Assembly: GCA_903813345.2 (NCBI GenBank)
Contig: CAIIXF020000001.1
Location: forward strand, 35,278,001-35,342,000
Length of the DNA: 64,000 bases
Source: Owenia fusiformis
Taxonomy: Eukaryota
Reading direction: 5' to 3'
Made by a program: the position numbers and the translations under genes
Shown here: one piece after another, positions 51,176-62,344 of the stretch
How positions within the stretch are numbered: the stretch's first letter is position 1
How the letters are laid out: every line of letters begins with the position of its first letter
Notes under the pieces: generated by a model
Seen by the model: the letters and a program-made list of their open reading frames with translations, nothing else
Told to the model about the DNA's origin: nothing
The model's database searches: none

Positions 51176-53144
51176 CTGTAGGTTAATCAATGAATAACTA
51201 TTTTGGATTGATGAAACACTAATTAAGTAATCGTAGTTTTATTCTAATGTCGACTTGGGGTCTAGGTAATATCCAGATTGGATAGAGAGCATAGTAAATG
51301 AGCTTACTTTGACGCCTGCATGTTAAGAATTCCACGAAGGGTGATGTGCTTTGTTATCATAGCTGGATCACAGACAGGTTTATAATGTTTATCAGTCGTT
51401 GTTTCCACTGTCTTTTGATGATGTACGACAAACGTATTCGAATAAACTGTGCGATTGTTTTTCTGAAAAGAAATTGACCAAATGTGATCATAGTTGACAT
51501 TGACGAATCATCAAGTATTAGTAGCATACTAATTTGTACTTTACCTAAAAGCACTTTAGATATTAATTCGGGGAAAATCAATCCGAAATGAATTTCAATT
51601 TGCAAAACATATTTTTCTATAGATATCACACTATTTTTCATTTGTATGGATTGGGCACTTTCCGTAACTTCATTTTGTCAAAAGACGTATTATAGGTGTT
51701 GATATCAAATTGCCACTTCGCGATAATTACAGTTGCCGATGATAGGACATCATATGGTAAGTTAGTACCATATAAACAAGTGAATTAGTAGTTTAATACA
51801 AATAATTGTTGTTCTAGGGTATCATATCGCACAATCAGAATAATAATATCCTAGGTACTATTTTTGAAACAATGAGATTTTTAGAGAATCGTCCTATTTA
51901 GCCTATCATCTTTCTTTCTGTAATATTCCCTTATACCCTTATCTCATCTCAACAGCCTGCTTTTTTCTCCATAAAAGATTAAAAATATAATTTTCACTTG
52001 TCCTATGCGCCATCATAACCCATCAAATCTTTCAAATTAGATCATGTGAAACATTTTAAACTGAAATTTTAATTTATTTTTGAAAACAAAATCGTAAAAA
52101 AGTATGGACATGGAAAGGGACACATTTAATTTATTATTTCAGTGTTAAAAAATTGAAAGTTGAATGGTCATACAGTATCTCCAGTTTAATTTGTTCAAAA
52201 ATTGTTTTGGAAAATCATAAAACATGATTTTCCATGATTGTGCTTACACAATAACATGTCAAAAACAGTGTGGAAATAACAAATGTAGGCCAATTGAATA
52301 ATTCTGAAGTTTTAAATGTCTAATCTTTCCAAATCTGAATTCTCAGTTTCACAAATATGTGAGTTATGACATTATCATTGGCATAGGGCGAATGGTATCA
52401 TACAAACAAGACACTATATTGCAGTTTAACAGTGCCCGAGGGCGTTGACTTGTCGCTTAATTATTTGCTACTCACTACTGACTAAGTTCTTATGCTTTTT
52501 ATAAAAATAAGTTCTGATTAGCAGACCCCCTGTTATCTAACGCTAAAGTGGAAAGGGCATGACAAGATGAGGTTTTTATACGATCGTGCTTCTTTGTTTT
52601 ATTAATGATTTATTTCCATATATAACAAACATAACGTACGCATGTCTGTGGTTTTGGAAAACTGCATTATAAGCCACAAGTAAACAAGTTTGCAAGAAGA
52701 AAGTTGGCAATAAATTAAAAGAATAATGTTTATACAAGATAATAGAGATAATGGTGGAGGAAAACCTAGATACTTTCAATATAAAAAGCTGAAGTGAGCT
52801 TTGAAATTTTGATAATAGCATTTTCTGACAACCTGCTACGGTCCCCATAAAAAATAATGAAAAATTGTCTTGCTGGCTTTTGAACTTGGTGTAATTAAAG
52901 TTTAGAAAAGTGAGTGCATCAGTCTTGAAGATATTGAGATCTTAGGGTACAGGAAAACATAACATGAAAGGATGATTTATTGCTACACCCACATTTACAT
53001 GTAGGGATGGTACATTGGTAAAGTTGTGAGCTAGGTTGGGAGTGAAAGATCAGATCAAGACAAGAGTCCTCCATTTTCGTTTCGTTTTTGATTTCTAGGT
53101 TCAGATTGAGCTCGCCACTATCTTACCACTTACCACTATCTTAC

Positions 53145-53350
53145 CTCGAAAAATATTGAGCCACACGTAGTTTCATTGTAAGCCAACACGAGTTCATACA
53201 AATTCTCATTCTGGATGGGATAAAACGTACATTCTTGTATACCTTGATGGCCGACTATATTAGCGGTACCCTTCATCTTAAATTCTTGAAAGTCAGGTAT
53301 CAATGGCTCCACTCTTATAATCATGTGAGTGAGATTGCAAAATAGGTCAA
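53145..53350 (-). CDS. ZP-N-like secreted protein exon 3 (VDLFCNLTHMIIRV...ECTF...YNETTCGSIFFE)
   Basis: cttttttcag/gtaag boundaries; C..M.I.V....G....C....L..CG spacing typical of ZP-N; phase 1 start fits exon 2. Confidence 0.75.
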
Positions 53351-53733
53351 CTGAAAAAAGAGAATAAAGAAAAAAGTTAAAAACTCCAAATTTTTAGTTT
53401 AATGATATTAAAGGACACTTCCCATTAGAGGCTAGTTGAAGGAACAAGAAATGAGAGAAATTGCCTATTTTCTAAAAAGGCCAACATTACTGACTTTCTT
53501 TCAGGATATTTGACTTCGATAATCCCTAAAACTGGAAGTGAGCCTTTTCAATGTTTGCATCTTCCAATTTCCATAGTAACCAGGTTCTCATTTTCAGTTA
53601 AGATTATGGTTGTATAGGTGAATTAGTCATTCTGGGCTTAGAAAGTACTTTATAGTTTTCATTTTGTTTCATTAGGTTGAGGGCAATTCAAAAATGAGTA
53701 AAATCATATGAAAGTATCATTATATTGCCTTAC

Positions 53734-53770
53734 CATTTTCCTCGTACATCTCAGCAGTTAAGGTAAGCGC
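53734..53770 (-). CDS. ZP-N-like secreted protein exon 2 (ALTLTAEMYEEN)
   Basis: ttgtag/gtaag boundaries; 37 bp, phase 0 to 1, joins exons 1 and 3 in frame. Confidence 0.7.
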
Positions 53771-53945
53771 CTACAATAAATATTGAGGAAAATATATATG
53801 TATACAGGGCTAGTAAACGAGTAGGTTTAGTCTTGCATCAATGAAATAGAAGGTCTAAGGACTTGATCTACTACTTCTAAAATAACCTATTAAAACTATC
53901 ACAAGGGTTGAAACGTTGGACTTGTTGAAACAGTTTTTAAATAAT

Positions 53946-54077
53946 AGGGAGTTTAAGCTTGCACATGAAATCGAAACGCCAACCTATACGTATGACTAAT
54001 CGCCCATACAAATGCATCGCTTAAATATTTTCCGTTCACGTTTAGGTTTTGAAAAACATTGCAAGCTTAAACTCCCT
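53946..54077. mobile_element. 132-bp MITE (Harbinger/ISL2EU-like)
   Basis: TIR AGGGAGTTTAAGCTTGCA; AAT on both flanks. Confidence 0.8.
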
Positions 54078-55090
54078 AATCTTCAACGTATTCTCGCGTT
54101 TTTACTCATTAAAAGTGATTTTTTGCGTTTTTACTCCGTTAATTTAAATAGTATGGGGTTAACTTTTTAAGATAACCTGTCCGTGAGCATGTAATTTTTC
54201 GACCCCTGGGGATTACTGTCCCACTCTCAATTTACTTTTCCAGGGACCTTTATTACAATTATTTTCCGTATACCTTTATGCTCAATCAGCCAAACAGTAC
54301 AAATAGGAGAACTAATCCATAGAGAACCATAATTCTACACGTTCACGTACATGTGTACCCTATCCTCAATAGTATGTATTAAAGAAACGTGATTCACAAT
54401 CAGTAACCAATTTGTTCTCTGAGTTAAGAACTTAACATAATTCTTGGCTTGTCGCTACAAGAGAGGAAATGATCGAATATATTTGGACAGGTAAGTCTAA
54501 TACATGACTTGTCTGTCAAACGGCTTCTATTCATTCCGATCTAATTATCAAACCTTTTCTGATCAGTCGCTATACGGCGAGAGGAAGAGAACGCGATGAC
54601 CAAGAAAGTCGATGGAATATTGTGATAAAGGAATATAGAACACGTTTTTAACTTGAAGTCATCATGGTGTACACAGTGATGCAAAAATAAAAATGCAACC
54701 CTTATTTTACATCCAATTTCATCGAGATGATACAAAACAATGATTCAGTTACAAACAACATCCCAATCTTGTACAAGAAATAAGAAAATTGCATCATTTG
54801 GGCTTCAAGTTCAAATTTTTGGTTGTTTATTTTCATCTTTCAATTAGAGCTACTCCATTTTCCCCGGTCGACAGATATAGACATAATATAGTTGGAGTTG
54901 CTGGAGAGAATAGGTAAGATTGAATAAATCTGAATAAATAAATAGCTCTCAGGTGGCTTGAGTTATTGTGACCCAGCCACGTTTACAAATCACTTCTCCA
55001 TGTAAGTCCAATGGATAAACCATATAGAATAAATATTTCTATAACTTGGTCTACGCGAACTACGCGAATGGAATAAAATTCAAGTATTAC

Positions 55091-55141
55091 CTTGAAAAGC
55101 AAAACAATAAACAGCTTCGAGATTCCTCTTGTAAGTTGCAT
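55091..55141 (-). CDS. ZP-N-like secreted protein exon 1 (MQLTRGISKLFIVLLFK)
   Basis: aaaATG context; AAG|gtaat donor; with exon 2 forms a signal-peptide-like sequence. Confidence 0.7.
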
Positions 55142-56651
55142 TTTTGGCTCTGGTCAGTTCTTAGATGTACTTTTAGTAACAGTCAATGTTCTTAGGGAAA
55201 CAAGTGTAAACTTTAAAGTTGACAATAATACACCAATGATTTGAGCGCTCAATTTTAAAGCATTCGATTCAAATATATCATCGTCAATCTTTAAATGATA
55301 AATTCCATTTCAGTAACAATTCCAAGCGTTCCCTTTGACGTTCATATTCTGAAATCTTGGTTATCATGAAATGATTTTCATGTCTTTGTTTCATTAATCA
55401 ACCTGAGGTTGTTGTACTTATCTCCAGTTATTTCTCTCTTAAAATATAATTCAGAGCGAAATTGGGATGTTATTTTCCAATGATGATTGTCGTTCCGTTT
55501 GTTCTATTTGACTAAACACTTAAAGAGTATTATTATAGCGTAAAGGTGTTTCATCAAGTTGCTAGGATAATTAAGGTGCTATAATAAAACAATGAGAGAC
55601 AGGTTTTTTGCCCTGGGCATTTTAAAGATAGACAGTGATTTACAATCTTTCATCGAGCTTTTTCAACATTTAAAGGCCACGTGCAAAGTTTGAAAGCACT
55701 CTATTGTTTGTGTTCAATATTAAATCATAGATGGTATGCTGTTGATTTGATTAGTGGTCACATTTGAGCAATTGGCAATTTTATTTATTTAACTTACAAA
55801 TAAGTAATAAAACATTTGAAATAATCCAGTTGAGGTTTTATTTGGCTTTACCTAAAATGATACATTATCAATTGGCTGCCACGACATGGTCTTGGTGTGT
55901 AGTAACGATTAAACAAACCCTTTCATTTATTTTTCAAAAACTTCATATGAGACATGACAGCTTCTTATCCTGTGAAGCTTTTGCTGTGATTTACTCAATG
56001 GGAACATCAGTTCGAACAAGTTGGAAACAAATGATGATTCCTTTCTTCATCCTAGTTTGAAACTCTGTATAAGAGGCCTTTAAATCTGATTGCTAGAGAA
56101 CCCGTGTTGAAATTTATGCCAGTATTTCGATAATATTTTCAATTAATATCAAGTTCCCGACATAAAAGAAAATAAGGCAGACTATGTATAGCCATAAGCT
56201 AAGCAGGTAGTGTAAATATTATGTCATGGTACCATCAAAAACATACGTGCCGCTCTAAAAGTTTATATATCGAATATCTGTACTAGTAGACTTGTACTAG
56301 TTTGAAGATATTTCAAAATTCGTTTTACAAAATTGATTTTTGTTTTTATGCACTAAGACTTTGTTCTGGTGTCAATATCCTATTGTTATTGTAGTTGGTG
56401 AAACAATGTAACTGTCAGTTAAGAAAGGAAACACCGACGTCAAAGTTCTACTTTTCTACCATGCCTGCTGATACCTATTGCATCAAAGATGGATTAAAAA
56501 AGAACACCCGTGGCATTCTAGAAATCCCTGGCATACAAAACAAAACGCTCGTCAATTTGAATTCAAACATATCAGTTATTTTCCCCATCTTTTTTTTACT
56601 AATTTTGGACTTGCGAACGGTGTCAAAATTCCTATTTTTAGTTGCTTCAAT

Positions 56652-57166
56652 CACACCCCGGATTAGCCTGACAACGGTAAAGTCAGATACCGTTGTCACA
56701 AATGGCGGACATAACCGTCGCTTCAATTAAATTACAATGAATTGTATGTTTAATAGAGCACCTAGACTAAATTCCTTTGGAACAACAACCAATCAAAGTG
56801 TCTTAATACGCATTATACTGTTCTACTATCGAAATAAAGTTTGTAATTTAACCGATCAAAATGAGATACGGGGACAACGGACACTGTAATTACCATATGC
56901 CGTTGTCTTTCTAAATTAGTCAAATTCAGATTCCGTTGTCATTGACGATATCGAAGACGCTATATTGTGGCGATTCACGACCCAATTTGTTCTAAAATGG
57001 GATTTCATATGATAAATTATCACAAGAGCTTACTGCATGCACAGAATTAGCGACGATGAAATCCCATTCAATGAGGACCAAGTGATTAACCAGTTGAAGC
57101 GACGGTTATGTCCGCCATTTGTGACAACGGTATCTGACTTTACCGTAGTTAGGCTATTCCGGTGTG
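56652..57166. mobile_element. CACACC-terminated MITE (copy 1)
   Basis: ~75-bp TIR containing palindrome TGACAACGGTAAAGTCAGATACCGTTGTCA; AAT on both flanks. Confidence 0.85.
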
Positions 57167-57530
57167 AATCACGTAGCATCAAATGTGTTATGAATAATAC
57201 ACCACTGGATAGATGATTTGATATCCAGTATAATGATAAACCAATGTTCTCTGGGAAATTACACTAGGGTGGTCCAAATAGTAGAACTTTAGTCAAAAAC
57301 ATATTGAAAATTAAAAAAAATGATTTGATACACCAAATTTTTACCGAGCATAGTTCGGTGTGCCTGGTGTAAAGTGTCTTTTGGGTATTCAAGTCGATGG
57401 GAGCCAGAACTCATATAGAAGCAGGCCCGTAACCAGCTTTTGCCATTGAAAGGAGTTGCTTGTTCAGATATATGATTGAGTGAAAACCCGTTGCGTGCTA
57501 AGGAGAACTAAATTATTAAATCTATCTAGT

Positions 57531-57620
57531 TAGCCTTGCCCAAGTCGGTCTCTTTTACTTATAATGACCGGTTATAATTCAAGATCAGATAAGTAAAAAA
57601 TACCGACTTGGGCAAGGCTA
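57531..57620. mobile_element. 90-bp AcademH-like MITE (copy 2)
   Basis: TAGCCTTGCCCAAGTCGGT TIR; flanks TCTATCTAGT / TCTATTAGT (imperfect TSD). Confidence 0.85.
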
Positions 57621-57633
57621 TCTATTAGTATTT

Positions 57634-58900
57634 CACACCTGAATAGCCTGACTACGGTAAAGTCAGATACCGTTGTCACAAATGGCATAACCATCGCTTC
57701 AACTGTTTAATCACTTGGGTTTAAAGTGTCTCACATATTCGATCAAAATTTGCCATGCAAACATGTTAGTCTACTTTACTGGCCTCCCTTGCAGTAACAA
57801 GGAACCCAAAACACATCAAAACGTAAACATAAACCAATTAGTCACTTCACTGTGAAAGAGAGGGGTGTACGCTGTGTGCATAGACTAACACAATATCAGT
57901 GGTCATTTACTGTGTCAACTTAGTAACCCTTGCATATCGTGCTCCCTCAAGTATTGAATAATTTTTTTATGATCTAAATCTTTGTGGTTTATAAAAAAAA
58001 GTGATATGTTTTACTTAGAAATACATTAATTAATATATTCATTCAAACAACACTAGAATGCGGGAAGAAAGAGCAATGGTGACAAAATGCAGACAGAATT
58101 TTCCGTAAGGGTTTCAAACATTTCTGAACACAATCATAAATGTACTTCATGTGTACTGTTATTTTTAGTGCTATATTTATAGATATAATTTCACGTATTA
58201 AAATCATATTTTCCAGCAATGACTTCAAATTCGGAACCACACCCATATCACATTTTCTTCAATAACTCCAAACATGTGTAAACATTGACCATGTGCATAT
58301 AAATTCAGATTTCACGAGCTCTTTCCTATTCGTGTACCTCATACACCCCTGCATGGATTTGAGTTGGATTCGCCTTTTATACGTGAGCCGACACACTCGC
58401 AAACGCTGATTGGATAAAGATTGCGAGAATCTTTAATCACTTGGTCCTCATTTCATGGGATTTTATCGTCGCTAATTCCGTGCCTGCATTAGGTCTTGTG
58501 ATAATGTATCATATGAAATCCCATTTTGATCAAATTGGGTCGTGAATCGCTACGATGTCGTCAATGACAACGGAATCTGAATTTGAGTAATTTAGCAAGG
58601 GGACGCAAAACAAAGAATCTTATGGCCTAATTTAGAAAGACAATGGCATATGGTAATTACAGTGTCCGTTGTCCCGTATCTAATTTTGATCGGTTAAATT
58701 AAATACTTTATTTCGATGGTAGAACATTATTAACTGTACAATGAGTATAAAGACACTTTGATTGATTGTTGTTCCAAAGGAATTTAGTCTAGGTGCTCTA
58801 TTAAACATACAGTTCATTAAAATCTAATTGAAGCGACGGTTATGTCCGCCATTTGTGACAACGGTATCTGACTTTACCGTTGCCAGACTATTCCTGGGTG
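57634..58900. mobile_element. CACACC-terminated MITE (copy 2, inverted) with a 713-bp insertion
   Basis: Reverse complement of 56652-57166, split at a duplicated TTTAATCACTTGG. Confidence 0.85.
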
Positions 58901-58909
58901 ATTTTGGAA

Positions 58910-58985
58910 CTAGAAAACGGCAACTCCACGGAGTAGCAAATCCCAACGGACGGGCTGACTGACTGACTGACGGACAGACGGATGC
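58910..58985 (-). mobile_element. Helentron-like terminal fragment with GACT/GACG microsatellite
   Basis: CTAGAAAACGGCAACTCCACGGAGTAGC matches the end of the 703 element. Confidence 0.6.
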
Positions 58986-59360
58986 AACTTTCAGAAGTGG
59001 GCGATTCGAGCGCAATCTTATACGCAAAACGCACAAAGGCAAACGCAAGTTTAAAGTTTAAATCAACATTCACACTGTTTTTGACATTGTTTGGTTGAAT
59101 TTCGAATTCTTCCTCTTGAAATCTTCCATTAAACTACAACGTACTCTTCTATATGAAGGAATCGTGGATGATCCTGGTCTCATCTAATTTACAAGATCGC
59201 TCATACTGAGCAAGTCATCGCACACTGCTCAGAAACAATTGAATCTATATGATGGAACAAAAACGTATATTTTCATGGAATGACTTTAATTTCAAAAGAT
59301 ATTTTCGTTGTTGAAGTATGTATACTGTACGCCAACTAATATCCAAGACGCTATTACATT

Positions 59361-60215
59361 ATTTATTATTTATTTATTCATTCATTTATTTAAGTGTCAC
59401 CTATCTAAGATAGCCAGCCCTACCTATGAGACACATTTTACATAAGTTACATTAAAATAATAAAATTATTGCAGTTCAGTTCAACATTACTATTGATTTT
59501 GACTTTTAAATAAAACTTTTTTCCTTATATAGAATATTTTTTGCAAATACCTTCCAAAGCATTTAATATATTTTTTATTTTCAAAGATATCTTTAAAGGA
59601 ATTGTTTTTGATTTCTTGAAGAAAAGACTTTCTCGCTTCTGAATAATATTAACACTCAAATACAAAGTTGCTTTCATTTTCAATTTCATTTGAGTTACAA
59701 ATTTGGCACTGTCTTTGGTTTACTGGAGTTTTCGGTCTCCCCGTTTCTAATTGCTAAAGGAAGTATACCAGTTCTTAACTGAGCTATTAAAGAGCGTTCA
59801 CCCCTTGTCAATGATGATGTAAGTAAATATTGTTCTCAATTTGGGTTGTGATTCAATGTCTATGCGTAATTTTTCTTGTAATTTTAACTTTAGTTCCCTC
59901 TTAACAAAGCTGATATTAACACATTGTTTCTGGTTATAATGATCATTCATCCCTAACTCATTGAAAATTGATTTTATATCTGAACACCATCCATAAGGTT
60001 GATTATAGTCAATATTAAATATTTTTTGGTGAGTCTATTATTTTCCATGAATGTGAACCTATTCCATAGACGCACAATATCTAGTGTTCTAGTGTCTTTC
60101 GGGGTAAGCCAGCCAGAATCGCTATATAGAGCAGGAGTTGAAGCATATCTATGAACGCCCATAAATGCACGTATGGCACGTTGGTGAATATTGTCACATT
60201 TTTGATAAGGTTTAC
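59361..60215 (-). mobile_element. Decayed non-LTR retrotransposon 3' part (RTEX-like)
   Basis: RAFMGVHRYAS...GW...RLWNR...NRLTKK and RSLIAQLRTGILPLA..ETGR with frameshifts; (TAAA)-like tail at 59361-59391. Confidence 0.8.
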
Positions 60216-61199
60216 ATTTCGCATTTTTTGTGATTGAAATTTCATGGCTATTAATTTTCGCTAATTTTCAGTTTTTCGAAATTTTGTAGCTATTATTTTT
60301 GGCGGATTTGTGACTTCTCAAGATTTTTTCAGCTTCTTTTTCTAATTTCTTTGATTCAAATATATTAAAACCCGAAATAAATACAAGTAAAACAGTACCT
60401 TCAATTCTTACTTTCATCAGCCAGCACTAGCCGAAAATATCGTCAATATTTAGTGAAATAAACTCCCGGGAATTTCGCTACTAGTAGTATTATATTTGGC
60501 AAATTAGAATATTTTTTTACTATTAGCGAGTTTTCCAAAACTCGCGAAAAACGCGAAATATAGTAGCACGTGAAAATTACCAGGTGTATGTGCAATGGTG
60601 ACAGCACAAATATGCAGTAGAAATCATTACAGGCCCATTAAAGCCATTAGATTGTGTTAAAACCTCGTTGTTTAAATAAATATGTAATTACTAACATTAA
60701 CTTTTACAGGGATGTAGCCATAGTACTCTTCTAGTTTTCGTTAGGGTCGCGAATCTATTAAAGGGGCATCTGGTAGAGAACGATCCAGGCAGAGAATATT
60801 TTCTTATAACGTTCCCCCAAAACGGTCCCTTGAATTACACTGGTGATCCGCTCGATTACGCTGGTTACCAAAACGAATCGTTTTGGTAACAAGATGGCTG
60901 CTGTTCCGGCTGAAGAAATTGGTAAGAATTTTCGTTTTCCTTGATATCTCGAGATACACCACGAATCATCCAGATCTTTTCGGCCAAAATATGGATAAGC
61001 AACATATCTTTCTGGACAACCAAGTGATTTTAATCGAAATAGTTTGTAGGATGACAGGAACGCCCATTTAATCCCTCGCTTTGGTTACAGAAACGAATTG
61101 ATGATAATACGACAACGGTCACGCATTTGAACACACTTGTTACCGAAACGGTTATGTTTAGCTATTGATAATCAAACAAAGAAATGTATATGTGTTATT

Positions 61200-61502
61200 T
61201 CTTTTTTTGAACGGCATCATATGTTACCGCATATGTTTAAGTGCTACTACTGCAACACCGGGGATAATCAAATCGAACGTGTTATAGAACATGAAATGAG
61301 ACGGCACCTCACACAGGACCTTAAAGTGCATAAACGATATCTCAGGGAGGAAGTCGGGGGATTTGAGTATAGGTCCCATCATTTTGGGATAACGGTACAG
61401 AAAATAAAGGACCTCCAGAGGGAAGGGGCCAAGGTCTCCATTAATGAGACCACCACACTACAACTCCACATCAAGAGACTCCCATTACCCTGTGGAGGTT
61501 AG
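61200..61502 (+). CDS. Short ORF with C2H2-like motif (FKCYYC...HEMRRH), probably the N-terminus of a transposon protein; truncated by a MITE
   Basis: ORF track 61137-61502; CxxC-x12-H-x4-H spacing; lies about 400 bp inside a CACTGG terminus at 60838; FKCYYCNT also occurs at 40864; start codon uncertain. Confidence 0.5.
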   Translation, partial: SFFERHHMLPHMFKCYYCNTGDNQIERVIEHEMRRHLTQDLKVHKRYLREEVGGFEYRSHHFGITVQKIKDLQREGAKVSINETTTLQLHIKRLPLPCGG

Positions 61503-61597
61503 CCTTGCCCAAGTCGATATCTTTTTACTTATCTGATCTTGAATTATTAATAATAGAAATCAAAATAAGTAAAAGAGACCGACTTGGGCAAAGGCTA
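61500..61597. mobile_element. 98-bp AcademH-like MITE (copy 3)
   Basis: Same TIR; perfect 9-bp TSD TGTGGAGGT. Confidence 0.88.
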
Positions 61598-62344
61598 TGT
61601 GGAGGTAAAATGGTAAATACTTTAAAACTCACTTTGTCCCTCACTTATGAATTTGGCTAAACTATGTTTATTAACTTTCTAAAATAAAAGTATTCCGAAT
61701 GGTTCCGTTGATTATTTTAGAAGTTGAATATAGTGGATATAGTGACTTAAAAGATACTGAATTTGGATGACCAAAATGAGTTGAAACCAATTGTTTTTCT
61801 AAACGGGGAAATAACATTGTCAACACTCATCTTAAGAGAGTTCAGTTTGCATTTCAATAACTCATTGATATATCAAAATAAAGAATATTCAAACATGACC
61901 GTGCTCTATTTGAATTTCTAAACCAATCAGAATGCAGCATAGCCAATAATGAACGTTCATCATTTCTCCATATAGGCAAGACCGTGCTCTATTGGCTGCT
62001 TCAAGGAATCTATATGCATGTATTGTGTGACATCACACCTGGGAATGGCGAAAATAACAGCAAGTTTGGTCATTCCTTAAGTAATGCATTAAACATTGTG
62101 AAAAATGATTGCATTGCATTGGTGAAGGAGAACATCTTTGAAAAAGTATGTTCATAGGTTGATTGCTAGCTAAATATCTCCCGAGTTCGATTGACTTTAT
62201 TAGTCTATTGTTTTTGCCTCTTTTGTTTATTCTTATTCTTGTTCTTTTACTGGTCACGTTTTCTCAACAACTATAAGGTATCTATTCAAGACAATTCTAT
62301 GGTCAATTAAGGTACAGTATCTAGTTGGTAAGAAATGGGGTCAA

